A DNA stretch of 64,000 nt, taken from positions 19,502 through 83,501 of the forward strand of contig JAWAAW010000003.1 of assembly GCA_038884975.1 (NCBI GenBank). The letters are read 5' to 3'. Below the pieces are notes generated by a model. That model was given only the letters and a program-made list of their open reading frames with translations. It ran no database searches and had not been told where the DNA came from. Positions 1 to 10,699 of this stretch are shown piece by piece. Each line of letters starts with the position of its first letter. Within the stretch, counting starts at the first letter, position 1. A program made the position numbers and the translations under genes. This stretch comes from Candidatus Woesearchaeota archaeon (GTDB taxonomy: Archaea; Nanobdellota; Nanobdellia; Woesearchaeales; ARS49).

Positions 1-376
1 GGAATGAGTAAAACTGGGTAAGCACAACAACAAAAACCACGGAATAAAAGAACAGAATGTTAAGCGAATAAGCAAGCCAAAGCCCCGGCACAAGCAAAAA
101 AACAGACCACAACAATGCTGAAAAAACACCAATCCTGCCAGCAGCAATCGGCCTTTTTCGCTTTTCAGGATGAGCCCTATCCTTCTTCCTGTCAACAACA
201 TCATTGATTATGTAATTAAACGAGGAACAAAGGCACAAACTCACAAAACCAAGCAATGAAACCCAGAACAAAGGCAGCTCAAACATCTTGCCAACAAATA
301 TTAATGGCAAGAAGACAAGCAAGTTCTTGTACCACTGCAAAGGCCTAAGCACTCTCACGTAATCAAGCACTGCCAT
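1..376 (-). CDS. UbiA-family prenyltransferase, decaprenyl-phosphate phosphoribosyltransferase-like (3' end runs off the window)
   Basis: Manual translation from ATG at 376: MAVLDYVRVLRPLQWYKNLLVFLPLIFVG...YIINDVVD...HPEKRKRPIAAG. The RPxQWxKN and NDxxD...HPxKxxRPIAAG motifs are typical of this subfamily. Confidence 0.85.
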   Translation of the reverse strand, partial: MAVLDYVRVLRPLQWYKNLLVFLPLIFVGKMFELPLFWVSLLGFVSLCLCSSFNYIINDVVDRKKDRAHPEKRKRPIAAGRIGVFSALLWSVFLLVPGLWLAYSLNILFFYSVVFVVVLTQFYSF

Positions 377-444
377 AAGTTTTGACGACTTTCAGGGGAT
401 TTATTAAGGTTTTGCCTGACGATAACTTTATAAGCAGTTCATAA

Positions 445-1728
445 ATGGTCAGAAACATGCGCGCAATAATACTCGGTGGCGGACTGTCAGGGCTGGTTGC
501 TGCTGACAAGCTGCTTGATTCAGGAAAAGCAGAAGTAACAATCCTTGAAAAAACACCATACCTTGGCGGTCTCGCAAGAAGCGTTGAAATAGACGGCGAA
601 CAAATCCCAATATTCAACCACCACATCGTGCGCACAAACAAAAAAACACTTGAATACCTAAAACGTTATGACCTGCTCGGCAACAATACATGGAAGCGCA
701 TCAACCTAGCAATAGCATGGAAAAACAGGATTTACAACATCAACAAGCCTTGGAAATACCTGTTTTTCAAATACCTAAACCTGATTGAAAAGATAAGGTT
801 CGGCCTTTTCGGGCTTTATGTTGCTTATTTCTTCAATCCTGACAAACTGCCTGACGACCTTGACGCAGAAACCTGGCTGAACAAGGCATGCGGAAAGGCA
901 GTCACGCAGAAAATGCACTACCAGCTCTATGCAAGGAACAAGTTCAATATTCCCTTAAGCCAGATTTCTGCAAAGCAATTCGCAAACAGAATGAAGGAAA
1001 GAGAATTCAATGACAAGTTCACTTACCCAACACGGGGAATACAAGGGTTGATTGACGGCCTTGAAAAAGATGTTGTCTCAAAAGGAGGAAAAATATTCAG
1101 AAAGGCAGAAACAACAAGCATTGACGTACAGAAGAAAGTCATAACTTACAAAGTCGGCGGAAAAGAAAACACAGAAGTATATGACGTCCTGATAAACACA
1201 ATACCTGTCGCTGAATTCCTGAAAATTGCCAAAGGACTACCAAAAGAATATGCTAACAACATCAAAAAAGTAAGATACACGCCAGTTGTTGGACTGGTTT
1301 TTGGCACAAAAGACTACTTAGACAAGGAGAATTACTGGATAAACTTTTTTGGCGAAAGAGTGCACGTACTCTACCAACACTCATTACTTATTAACAAGTA
1401 CAGTACAAAAGTATCATGGGTAGACCGGTATGGAGGCAGCGCAGAAGACCTGCCAAAATCAGACGAAGAAATCAAGGAATTATACCTTGCTGACCTGAAA
1501 AAATATTTCCCAAAAATGGATGTGAAATGGTGCTTCGTATTCAGGGAAAAATACGCAGAACCCATTTATGACAAGGACTATTGCAAATACTGCCCGAAAT
1601 ACAAAACACCTGTCCAAGGCTTATACAACGCAGGAATACAAGTCACGTTCCCAAAAATAAGAAACATGGACGTCGCGCTTGACAGCGGCGAAAAAGTTGC
1701 CAAAATAGTGCTGGAGGACTTCAAATGA
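445..1728 (+). CDS. FAD-dependent oxidoreductase (HemY/UDP-galactopyranose mutase-like fold), glycan-locus type
   Basis: N-terminal GGGLSG dinucleotide motif followed by E...LGG; translationally coupled to an epimerase. Confidence 0.75.
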   Translation: MVRNMRAIILGGGLSGLVAADKLLDSGKAEVTILEKTPYLGGLARSVEIDGEQIPIFNHHIVRTNKKTLEYLKRYDLLGNNTWKRINLAIAWKNRIYNINKPWKYLFFKYLNLIEKIRFGLFGLYVAYFFNPDKLPDDLDAETWLNKACGKAVTQKMHYQLYARNKFNIPLSQISAKQFANRMKEREFNDKFTYPTRGIQGLIDGLEKDVVSKGGKIFRKAETTSIDVQKKVITYKVGGKENTEVYDVLINTIPVAEFLKIAKGLPKEYANNIKKVRYTPVVGLVFGTKDYLDKENYWINFFGERVHVLYQHSLLINKYSTKVSWVDRYGGSAEDLPKSDEEIKELYLADLKKYFPKMDVKWCFVFREKYAEPIYDKDYCKYCPKYKTPVQGLYNAGIQVTFPKIRNMDVALDSGEKVAKIVLEDFK

Positions 1729-2657
1729 AAATAGTCGTGACTGGCGCAGCAGGACTTGTAGGACAAAACCTCATACCAATGCTTCTCGCAGAAGGGCACA
1801 CAGTTACTGCAATTGACAGAAACCCAAACATAAACCTCCTAAAAAGGCTGAACCCAAAAACAAATTGCATACAAGCAGACGTAAGCTATCCCGGCAAATG
1901 GGAAAAAGCATTCAAGGACGCTGACTGCGTGATAGAACTACATGCACAAATTGCAGCACAGACATCAGCGCCTTTTGAAAGAAGCAACATCGAAGGCGTA
2001 AACAATGTTCTTGAATTATGCAAGAAATACAAGATAAAAAACCTCATACACGTAAGTTCATCAGTAGTCATTTCTGTAGCAAAAGACGAATACACAAGAA
2101 CAAAACGCATTGGTGAAGAACTCGTGCACAAAAGCAAAGTCCCACACACAATACTAAGACCGCCACTCATGTTTGGCTGCTTTGACGCAAAACACCTCGG
2201 ATGGATAACACGCTTCATGGAAAAAACACCAATAGTCCCAATACCCGGCTCAGGAAAATACATCAGACAGCCCCTTTACGTCAACGACCTGTGCAAAGTC
2301 ATAATTGAACTCACAAAAAGAAAACCACAAAACAAGATTTACAACATAATCGGACTAGAAAAAATATACTACATAGACTTACTGAAAACAATTGCAAAAA
2401 CAAGAGGATGGAAAAGACTTTTTGTTCCATTGCCTTTATGGCTTTTCGGATTCCTTTTAAGGGCTTACAGCCTTATTTTCCGCAAAACAGTATTTACACC
2501 AGACCAAATGAAAGCATTAGTTGCAGGAGACGAATTCCCTGTTGAGAACTGGTGCGAGGAATTCGGAGTCAGATACACGCCATTCAAGGAAGCAATCTGG
2601 AAAACCTGGCACAGCCCCTGCTCAAAGTACGCAAAAGAAATGATTTCACCACATTAG
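1725..2657 (+). CDS. NAD-dependent epimerase/dehydratase (SDR)
   Basis: TGAAGLVG and YTRTK (YxxxK); ATGA overlap with the upstream gene. Confidence 0.85.
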   Translation: MKIVVTGAAGLVGQNLIPMLLAEGHTVTAIDRNPNINLLKRLNPKTNCIQADVSYPGKWEKAFKDADCVIELHAQIAAQTSAPFERSNIEGVNNVLELCKKYKIKNLIHVSSSVVISVAKDEYTRTKRIGEELVHKSKVPHTILRPPLMFGCFDAKHLGWITRFMEKTPIVPIPGSGKYIRQPLYVNDLCKVIIELTKRKPQNKIYNIIGLEKIYYIDLLKTIAKTRGWKRLFVPLPLWLFGFLLRAYSLIFRKTVFTPDQMKALVAGDEFPVENWCEEFGVRYTPFKEAIWKTWHSPCSKYAKEMISPH

Positions 2658-3700
2658 AAAAACCACCTAACTATTGCGAGAATCCCCTGCTTCCAAGGAA
2701 CCCTGTGAGTGACTCCTGACTTGCCTTGATATTCCCTGTAATGCTGCAAATACCACTTGTAACTATCAATCAACGCATCAACATTGCTGTATTTCGGCTT
2801 AAAACCAAGCACTCTCTTTGCCTTGTCAATTGAAACAAAAGAATCCTTGTCAGCAGTCTCATAAACCCACTTGTACAAAGGCGAAAGCTTAAGCTTCTCA
2901 AGAATTCTCAAAGTGTTAATGACGAGCCAAGGAGGGGTCCCAATGACCCTCCTGTGAAATCCTGCATAATCAAGCAATGCCTGATAGTCCTTTTTCATAG
3001 TGCTGAATCTCTCTGCACCAATATTGAAAGTATCATTTGCAACCCTTGCAGGCTTTGTAGAAGCAAGCCAGATCGCCTCATTAAGGTCCTCAACATGGAG
3101 CAATTGGTAAAGGTTGTTTCCCCAACCAACAATCGGAATATTCTTGCCACGCCTCACCCAATCAAAAAGCACGTCAAAAACCCCAAGCCTTCCCGCACCA
3201 ATAAATGACTTCGGCCTAAGAATCGGGACACAAATCCTATTCCTGTACGATTCTGCAATCTTTTCACCAACAACCTTGCTCTCACCATAAGGACCAACAC
3301 CCTCAAGCCGGTCAGTCTCATAAAGCGGGTGATGGTCAGGAATACCATAAACAGCCGTTGTTGAAATATGCACAACACGCTCAATACCAAGCTCCTCAGC
3401 AACCTCCAAAACAGCCTTTGTGCCATTAATGTTAACAGACCTTATTTCAGAAGGCTTCCACAAAGGCAAACCAGCAGCAGCATGCACAATAACATCAACA
3501 CCCATCGCTGCCTTCCTCAAAAGGTCTTTGTTCCTTATGTCTCCTTGAAAGTGCTGAACACCTTTGATATCAGGATAATCAAAAGGACTCTTGTCAATAG
3601 TCCTCACAATACAACCTTTTTTCAACAAGTAACGTGCAAGATTATGCCCAAGAAAACCTGCACCACCAGTTATCAGGAACGTAAGTTGTTTCTGTTTCAT
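2654..3700 (-). CDS. NAD-dependent epimerase/dehydratase (extended SDR)
   Basis: TGGAGFLG, HAAA, STTAVYG and YGESK motifs. Confidence 0.85.
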   Translation of the reverse strand: MKQKQLTFLITGGAGFLGHNLARYLLKKGCIVRTIDKSPFDYPDIKGVQHFQGDIRNKDLLRKAAMGVDVIVHAAAGLPLWKPSEIRSVNINGTKAVLEVAEELGIERVVHISTTAVYGIPDHHPLYETDRLEGVGPYGESKVVGEKIAESYRNRICVPILRPKSFIGAGRLGVFDVLFDWVRRGKNIPIVGWGNNLYQLLHVEDLNEAIWLASTKPARVANDTFNIGAERFSTMKKDYQALLDYAGFHRRVIGTPPWLVINTLRILEKLKLSPLYKWVYETADKDSFVSIDKAKRVLGFKPKYSNVDALIDSYKWYLQHYREYQGKSGVTHRVPWKQGILAIVRWFF

Positions 3701-3743
3701 CTTGGTTATTATCGCACAGCGGATTGCTTTTAAATCTTATGGA

Positions 3744-5483
3744 TTACCTGCTTATCCTGTAAACCTGTATTGCAGGCAAGTCATTTATGTTCGCCGAGGT
3801 TACAATGCTCATTCTTGATTCCAGTTCCTTGTTGAAAGGCTGGAAAGGAACTGCAAGAAGGTCAAACACCCTTGAGTCAGGCACTGAAATGTCCTTCCTC
3901 TCCCTCACCTTCCTGAATGTCACGTTGTTTTCAGAAAGATACTGCTCAAATTTCGCGTCAACAAAAACAGGCTGTTGTTGCATATAACCATCAACAAGCA
4001 CGTACTTGACATCATAAGCATCAAGAAGCCTATTCGTAAGTTCGCTATTATTGCCATAGAGCATCACAACACCATCAGCGTAACGTTTCTCAACATCAAC
4101 AAAATAATTGGCATGAGTCCTCCTGACAAAAACGCATTTTCTTCCTGTCAAGCCATTCATTGCAAAACACGACTCGTCATTACTCAGAAAAACATCATTA
4201 ATTCCCGTATTCTTTTGAATCCACACGCCAATTGTGAACCATGCCTGCGTTCCAGGATCAAACTGCTCACCAAACTGCACCCACCTGTTTGACCTGTACT
4301 CACCATAACGCTGCACGAACAGCACAACTACAAGCAGAAGAATAATCGCGAACACAACATTTCTGCCATTCGGCCACTTTTTCCCAGCAAGCTGGACAAC
4401 TGTGCGCACGCCATAAACAGCAAATAGCAGTAATGGCAGAGAAATCCCCCACAAATGAGAAGGTAAGACCCACCTATCAAACAAAGGCCTAGTAATCAAA
4501 TGATGCATTGGCGCAAGAAAACCAGCAACATACCACAAAACAACATAACGCGGCTCTTTTTTATTAAAATTCAAGACACACACGACAAGACCAACGACTG
4601 ACAACAAGGTCACTATTGTTGACGCAAATGATGAAAAATTAAATGTTGAACTAAAAAGCGTCCTAAACATCCAACCAAACCCCAACAAGTCAATGTCAGT
4701 CCCATTATACTGAAAAAGAGGATTAAGCGTTTTAGCGTGATAATTAACTATAATCGGACCATAAAACAAAAGAGAAACAACAAAACCTACCAAAAGCATC
4801 GGAATATGCGTCCTAAAAGCATTCATAATTGCTGTTTTTTTGTCTTTTTGCAATAAAGTATTCACAACAACAGCGAAAGCATACATAGCCATCCCAGCCA
4901 AAAAGAAAGCAACATGCGAAAGCGCAGTACAACCCATAAACAAACCCGCAAGAAGCTTGTCACGCATCCCGCCGGTTTCTTCTGCCTTAAGCCAAAAACC
5001 AAACCACAAAGGAATAGTAATCATCCAAGGCAAAAGGTTTGGGGCACCGTCAGGTATTCCCCTTAAAACCAACGAGAAAAGCAAAACCACAAGAGCCCAA
5101 GTATCAGACTTAAACAATTGCTTTCCAAGAAAATAATAAGCAATAGCAGACAAAATTGTTGTAACAAGCCCAACATACATCTCAGCACGCAACATCGTAA
5201 CACCAGGCAACAAACTCAACAAGATAAACACATAATTCCCCAGCCACGGATAAAAAGAATAATGCCCAACAAAATAAGGATCACTCCAAAAACCATTAGC
5301 CAAATAATTCAACGCAAAACCATGGTGCGCGTAAAGGTCTCCGCCATAATAAGGCCCTGGCAGGTGCTTAAGCCTTGAATAAAGAGACAACAAAACACCA
5401 AGATAAACAAAAACCGCAACAACAGCTACCTTGACCTGCCACTTCCACCTACTCTCTTGCTGTTCTTCCACTAAAAGAAGCAC
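3744..5483 (-). CDS. Multi-pass GT-C-like membrane glycosyltransferase
   Basis: About 11 hydrophobic segments, acidic first external loop (GGDLYAH), C-terminal soluble WIQKNT domain. Start codon uncertain. Confidence 0.6.
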   Translation of the reverse strand: MLLLVEEQQESRWKWQVKVAVVAVFVYLGVLLSLYSRLKHLPGPYYGGDLYAHHGFALNYLANGFWSDPYFVGHYSFYPWLGNYVFILLSLLPGVTMLRAEMYVGLVTTILSAIAYYFLGKQLFKSDTWALVVLLFSLVLRGIPDGAPNLLPWMITIPLWFGFWLKAEETGGMRDKLLAGLFMGCTALSHVAFFLAGMAMYAFAVVVNTLLQKDKKTAIMNAFRTHIPMLLVGFVVSLLFYGPIIVNYHAKTLNPLFQYNGTDIDLLGFGWMFRTLFSSTFNFSSFASTIVTLLSVVGLVVCVLNFNKKEPRYVVLWYVAGFLAPMHHLITRPLFDRWVLPSHLWGISLPLLLFAVYGVRTVVQLAGKKWPNGRNVVFAIILLLVVVLFVQRYGEYRSNRWVQFGEQFDPGTQAWFTIGVWIQKNTGINDVFLSNDESCFAMNGLTGRKCVFVRRTHANYFVDVEKRYADGVVMLYGNNSELTNRLLDAYDVKYVLVDGYMQQQPVFVDAKFEQYLSENNVTFRKVRERKDISVPDSRVFDLLAVPFQPFNKELESRMSIVTSANINDLPAIQVYRISR

Positions 5484-5559
5484 AAACAGTATGTTTTAAA
5501 ATCTTGTGGTCAGCATCACTGCGTCGTTCATAATCTTTATATAGCGTTATTCTGGAAAA

Positions 5560-7062
5560 TTGTATATGGCATCCTATGCCCGAAAGGCGATTCATGGCAC
5601 AGTAACGGTGTTTGTCCTCTCACTCCTCGCGGCATTAGCAGCGTATTTTTTCAGGCTTTTATTGGCGCGCAAGCTGAGCATAGAGGATTACGGGCTTTTC
5701 TTTGCCCTGTTCTCATTCATAAACTTGCTTAACCTATTCAAGGACTTTGGTGTGGGTTATGCCATACTGAAATTCATACCTTGCCTTGTTGTAACAAAAA
5801 AATGGGGCCAGATCAAGTCGCTCATTATAACCAGTTTTGTTATCCAATTTATTTCTGCAGGACTACTCACAATAATCCTGATTGTTGCAGCACCTTGGCT
5901 GATGGAAGAATTCATCCATAGCTCCAACACCACACTGTTTGTGCTCTTTGCATGGGTATTCTTTATCTCATTCCCCCAGAACGCCATAGGCGTCTGCTTC
6001 CAGGGATTCCAGCGCATGTTACTGTTTTCTCTCCAAGACCTTTTGCGAAATGTAATTGTCCTGACGCTTACCTTACTACTAATACGTTTTGGCTTTGGCA
6101 TTAAGGCACCTATCTGGGCGTATTTAGCAATGTACATAATCATGTTTGTATTCTCATTCAGCATTTTCACAACACAAGTCTTCCCAAAATTCTGGAAAGT
6201 CAAAGCTGAGATATCCCATATGCACTTTCGTGCACTCCTTATGTTCGGACTTCCAGCAATGCTTTCCTTGTTTGGCACCAACATACTACAATATACAGAC
6301 ACGCTCGTGCTTACATATTTTCGCGGACTGACCAGCGTCGGCCTTTATCAGGTGGCGGTGCCGCTTGCAGCGCTTGTGCTATATTTTTCAAATGCGGCAT
6401 CCGCAGTTATCACCCCCCTTACTGCCGAGCTGATGGCACGCAAAAAGCGCGCAATGCTCTGCTTAGGCATAGAACTCCTTCACAAGTATTTGCTCGTAAT
6501 AGTGATCCCCTTCGCATCTCTGTTTGTTGCATTTCCTGAGATTTTCATCAGGATATTTTTTGGTGAAAAATTCCTTGCTGCCGCACCTGCCCTCCAAATT
6601 CTTGCAGTTGGCGCAGTATTATGCACGATCGGATACGTAAACCTAAATGTTCTCTTCGGCTTGGGCAAGCCAATGCGGAACACATTCGTAATGGGATGCA
6701 CTGTTATCTCAAACATTTTGCTTACCCTACTTCTCATTCCAAGCTACGACATTGTGGGTGCTGCACTGGCAACTACAACCAGTTACTTTCTTATGCTCAT
6801 TCTGAGCCTTAATTCAATCAGGAAATCAGTCAAGATACACCTGCCTATATTTGCGTTAGCCAGAGTGTTAATTGCAGCACTGGCTTTTATTGCTATCCTT
6901 GCAATAGTCAAGCGCATCCTTGTACTAAATCCCTTAATCGAGCTTTGCGTAAGTGCTGTAGCCGGCAGCATAGTGTATATTCTTGCGCTATTTGTCCTGC
7001 ACGTTATAACAAGGCAGGATATTAAATGGCTATACTCCATAATTGGATTCAGGCTGAAATAA
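5560..7062 (+). CDS. Oligosaccharide flippase (Wzx/AglR, MOP superfamily)
   Basis: About 14 TM segments; LARKLSIEDYGLF, TDTLVL...VGLYQVA and GAALAT motifs. Confidence 0.9.
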   Translation: MYMASYARKAIHGTVTVFVLSLLAALAAYFFRLLLARKLSIEDYGLFFALFSFINLLNLFKDFGVGYAILKFIPCLVVTKKWGQIKSLIITSFVIQFISAGLLTIILIVAAPWLMEEFIHSSNTTLFVLFAWVFFISFPQNAIGVCFQGFQRMLLFSLQDLLRNVIVLTLTLLLIRFGFGIKAPIWAYLAMYIIMFVFSFSIFTTQVFPKFWKVKAEISHMHFRALLMFGLPAMLSLFGTNILQYTDTLVLTYFRGLTSVGLYQVAVPLAALVLYFSNAASAVITPLTAELMARKKRAMLCLGIELLHKYLLVIVIPFASLFVAFPEIFIRIFFGEKFLAAAPALQILAVGAVLCTIGYVNLNVLFGLGKPMRNTFVMGCTVISNILLTLLLIPSYDIVGAALATTTSYFLMLILSLNSIRKSVKIHLPIFALARVLIAALAFIAILAIVKRILVLNPLIELCVSAVAGSIVYILALFVLHVITRQDIKWLYSIIGFRLK

Positions 7063-7067
7063 ACTAA

Positions 7068-8147
7068 TTAAATTGCACGAAGAACCTTCATTCTCGCAAT
7101 CTCATTAACAACATCGTCAACAGTAATGTCGCTCATACGCCTCTTCCAAACATTCCTGTATTTTTCTTCTGAATATCCCCAACGATTTGGATCTTCAGGA
7201 CCAAAAAGCTCAAGCAATGGAACATTGAAGGCTCTTGCGATATGGGCAGGCCCTGTATCGGGGCCAACGAAAAAGGCACACCGCTTTATCACAGCACACA
7301 AGTCCTGCAAGGACGTCTTACCAACAAGGTTTATTACTTTCTTCTTGTGCTTCATCGCACTTATTATTTCACTAACATCCACAGCATCGGTCTTTCTTCC
7401 TGTGAGCACGATGAAAACGTCATATCGCTCTATCAACGAATCTGCAACGTTAGCCCAGCGCTCATTCAGCCAGTACTTTTCCTTTCTGCCGCTTGCTGGA
7501 GTAATGCAGACCAGCTTGTGTCTACCTGCCTTTTTCAGGAGCAATTGCGCATTTCTTTTTGCCGTATCTGAAATGTGCAGCTCTAAGTTAGGGGAGCTGT
7601 CTGCGCCAAGTGCACGGACAAGGGCAAGATTGCGCTGAATCTGGTGAGTATTACAAGGATACCTTACAACCTTGTTATGCAGAAATCCAAATCCACGGAC
7701 GCCATAACCAACAGTGTATTTACCAACCCTACGTGCGAGAAGTATGTTGCGGGGGTCTGCATGAAAGTCAATGACGATGTCATATCGTTCAGTTGCCAGC
7801 TCATTAATTTTTTTCCTTGTTTCTTCAGCAGTTGCGCGCCTGCCATAAAGCCCAAGCCATAGTGCATCAAACTCAATAATCCGGTCAATATTTTTGTTGC
7901 CCTTAAGTATTCCTTTTGAAAATGAGCGGATAAGAACGTCAATCCTTGCATTTGGGAAGCGCTTTCTCAATGCGCGGAATGCAGGGGTGGTGAGCAGCAC
8001 GTCGCCGATATGGTCAATGCGGATGCACAGAATCTTTTTCGGTTCAGGCATTCTTTTCAGCCTGCGCCACCAAAATACTGCATAGCCAAGAGTATCAATA
8101 AGTGCAATGAATGGCTTGAAAATCAGTCGCGTCTCATACATTTGCAC
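7068..8147 (-). CDS. GT9 heptosyltransferase-like glycosyltransferase
   Basis: DHIGDVLLTTPAFRALRKRFPNARIDV and DTGPAHIA...LFGP motifs. Confidence 0.9.
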   Translation of the reverse strand: MQMYETRLIFKPFIALIDTLGYAVFWWRRLKRMPEPKKILCIRIDHIGDVLLTTPAFRALRKRFPNARIDVLIRSFSKGILKGNKNIDRIIEFDALWLGLYGRRATAEETRKKINELATERYDIVIDFHADPRNILLARRVGKYTVGYGVRGFGFLHNKVVRYPCNTHQIQRNLALVRALGADSSPNLELHISDTAKRNAQLLLKKAGRHKLVCITPASGRKEKYWLNERWANVADSLIERYDVFIVLTGRKTDAVDVSEIISAMKHKKKVINLVGKTSLQDLCAVIKRCAFFVGPDTGPAHIARAFNVPLLELFGPEDPNRWGYSEEKYRNVWKRRMSDITVDDVVNEIARMKVLRAI

Positions 8148-8241
8148 AACCTTTTTTTAATCCGTGCATTGAGCTTTATAAACATTATGCACGTGTGCTC
8201 AATGCCAAACTTATTTAAACAACAATCCTGTTATTCGTCCA

Positions 8242-8811
8242 ATGCAATACACATTCAAGGATGCAAACGGAAAGCAATTCTACACGTTCACATTTGAGAA
8301 AGGACTTAACCTCGGCTCAGGACCACACCCGTTAACAGGTTTTGTCAATGTTGACTATTATTTTCCTGCAGATGTAAGGCACGACCTCAACAAGTTCCCT
8401 TATCCGTTCAAGGATGAAAGCTTTGATTTCATACTCGCCTCCGCAATAATGGAGCACCTTGACGATGACATTGCATTTCTCAAGGAATGCCACAGGCTGC
8501 TGAAAAAAAGAGGCAAAATCCTTATCTCAGTGCCTCACCAGTTCAGCGCCTGGCGCACAAATCCAGAGCACAAGCGCAGCTACACATGGCAATGGTTTGA
8601 TTATTTTGTCAAGCCGACAAAGGAAGCACTTGACATCAAAAAAGATTTTGTGTTCTCCCGCATTATCAAAAGAAAATTTGAGTTTTACTGGAAAAAACAG
8701 TTCTGGAACAGATTCTTTTCGTTGATATGCAATAAATACCCGCTTTTTTACGAGAGCTCATTCCTGCGAAGCTTTCCCTGCAACCATGTTTTCTGCATTT
8801 ATGAGAAATAA
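8242..8811 (+). CDS. Class I SAM-dependent methyltransferase (type 11-like)
   Basis: LNLGSG, FPYPFKDESFD, MEHL and HRLLK motifs. Confidence 0.85.
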   Translation: MQYTFKDANGKQFYTFTFEKGLNLGSGPHPLTGFVNVDYYFPADVRHDLNKFPYPFKDESFDFILASAIMEHLDDDIAFLKECHRLLKKRGKILISVPHQFSAWRTNPEHKRSYTWQWFDYFVKPTKEALDIKKDFVFSRIIKRKFEFYWKKQFWNRFFSLICNKYPLFYESSFLRSFPCNHVFCIYEK

Positions 8812-8817
8812 AAAATA

Positions 8818-9840
8818 TTAAATGAGCTTGTTCCTCCATGTTACCGGCACTTCGCCACTTTCAAGTTCAAGCGCATCAAGGTATTTTGGCTGCATCGGGC
8901 CCCGCTGCTTTGCCCATTCCCACATCTTAGTAAGCCCATCCCTGAGGCTGAAGCGATCCTTGTAGCCGAGCATCCTGCACGCCTTTTCATTAGTGCACCA
9001 GGCATATTTTACCTCACGCGGCCTTGAAGGAAGATACTGCGGCTTCAAATGCTCCTTTCCTGCGATTTCAAGAATGGTCTGCGCAAGTTCATTAATTGTA
9101 TATTCCTTTGTTGGACCGATGTTGATAATGTGCCCATTGCACTCTTCTGAGAAGCCTGCCCGCATAATGCACGGCGTTTGGTCCTCAATGTAGCTGAATG
9201 AGCGCTTCTGCTCGCCATCACCATAAATGTAGAAGTGCTTATCGCGCAAAAGACAGTTCATAAAGATTGCGACCACATTCCTGTATGGGTCTGCCATGTT
9301 CTGCCTCGGGCCGTAAACATTATGCGGTCTGAGAATAGTCCATTTGAACTTATGAATGTCGCCAAGAACCTTAGTTGCCTCTTCCATAGCGAACTTGGAA
9401 ATGCCGTAAATATCTTCAGGTTTTGGCTTAAGGTCCTCATTGAACGGAGGCTTCTGCGCCCCATACACTGCCATGCTTGAGCACATCACGATCTTCTTCA
9501 TTCCGTTCTTTATAGCAGGAACAAGCAAGTTGAGATAAGCGAGGTAATTCCTGCGTGTGCAGTCAATGGGCAAAAACTGGCTCCTACCTTCTGTTGCGTC
9601 AGCAGCAAGATGATAGACTAATTCGGGCTTAATTTTCTCAACCGTCTTGCGGGTGGAAACCTCATCCCTAAGGTCCACCTGATGGAACACTGCCTTGGGA
9701 TTTACGTTTTCCCGATAACCGCCGCTAAGGTCGTCAAGCGCGTGCACTTCATGCCCTTCAGCCAGCAGGGCATCCACAAGGTGTGAGCCCATAAATCCTG
9801 CTGCGCCAGTCACGAGGATACGTTTTGTCATAAAAAACAC
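8818..9840 (-). CDS. NDP-sugar epimerase/dehydratase (GalE-like)
   Basis: TGAAGFMGSH, SSMAVYG, YGISK, NVYGPRQ and GDGEQKRSFSY motifs. Confidence 0.9.
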   Translation of the reverse strand: MFFMTKRILVTGAAGFMGSHLVDALLAEGHEVHALDDLSGGYRENVNPKAVFHQVDLRDEVSTRKTVEKIKPELVYHLAADATEGRSQFLPIDCTRRNYLAYLNLLVPAIKNGMKKIVMCSSMAVYGAQKPPFNEDLKPKPEDIYGISKFAMEEATKVLGDIHKFKWTILRPHNVYGPRQNMADPYRNVVAIFMNCLLRDKHFYIYGDGEQKRSFSYIEDQTPCIMRAGFSEECNGHIINIGPTKEYTINELAQTILEIAGKEHLKPQYLPSRPREVKYAWCTNEKACRMLGYKDRFSLRDGLTKMWEWAKQRGPMQPKYLDALELESGEVPVTWRNKLI

Positions 9841-9850
9841 TTACCGAATG

Positions 9851-10699
9851 TTATTTATTAATCTTATGCATATATGGACCACCTGCCTTTCGCAGCCATT
9901 TTGTGACCTTTCCCGACTTGGTTCTGGGAAACAGCTTGTACTGGAATACATACCAGTACAAGAAAAAGTTGTACAACGCCTGCTGAAAACAGATGCTCAA
10001 TCCTGCCTTGCCGCTCGTAAGTGCCCCTTTTGCCATATTATACGCAAGGTATGCAAAGAACCACACTGGCGCCTTAAAAAGGTAAAAGAACGGGTTGCGC
10101 TTGCCAAGTCCGAGATCAACAACCATCTGGGAATGCAAGCGGATAATAGACATGTTCTTATTCCAGAAATACCACATTGTGTTTCGCTCACCGCGCTGAT
10201 TGTGGATAAGCCGGTACGGGGTGTTTTTGACATTACCCTGCATTCTGATGCCTTCATTCGGCATACCATAAAATGTCTTCAGCGCTTTCTTCCGGAAAAA
10301 GCAGATTTTGTGAAAATTTGCAAAATATCCCTTACGAATGGGTTTTCGCCCATAAAACGTATCCCATAAAAACCCATACGCATCTACATCCGGGTCCTCT
10401 GCAAGCCTGCGCAGATTCTTACGCATTTCTGTGCTTAACACCTCATCCGCGTCAAGCCACAAAATCCAGTCGCCCCTTGCTTTCTTGAATGTAAACGGGC
10501 GGTGCGGCTCGCCATGACCAATATTTGAGCGCACAAACACTTTATCGGTATACTTTTTTGCAATTTCAAATGTTCTGTCACTTGAGGGGCCGTCCAGCAC
10601 AATGATAATCTCATCAACAACATCTTTTACGCTATCCAAGCAAGTAGGCAGCATTTCTTCCTCGTTGTAAACAACCATACACGCAGAGATTTTTTGCAT
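9851..10699 (-). CDS. GT2 glycosyltransferase, beta-1,4-glucosyltransferase (LgtF/WaaE)-like
   Basis: YNEEEMLPTCLDSV..DEIIIV..SSDRT and WILWLDADE motifs. Confidence 0.75.
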   Translation of the reverse strand: MQKISACMVVYNEEEMLPTCLDSVKDVVDEIIIVLDGPSSDRTFEIAKKYTDKVFVRSNIGHGEPHRPFTFKKARGDWILWLDADEVLSTEMRKNLRRLAEDPDVDAYGFLWDTFYGRKPIRKGYFANFHKICFFRKKALKTFYGMPNEGIRMQGNVKNTPYRLIHNQRGERNTMWYFWNKNMSIIRLHSQMVVDLGLGKRNPFFYLFKAPVWFFAYLAYNMAKGALTSGKAGLSICFQQALYNFFLYWYVFQYKLFPRTKSGKVTKWLRKAGGPYMHKINK

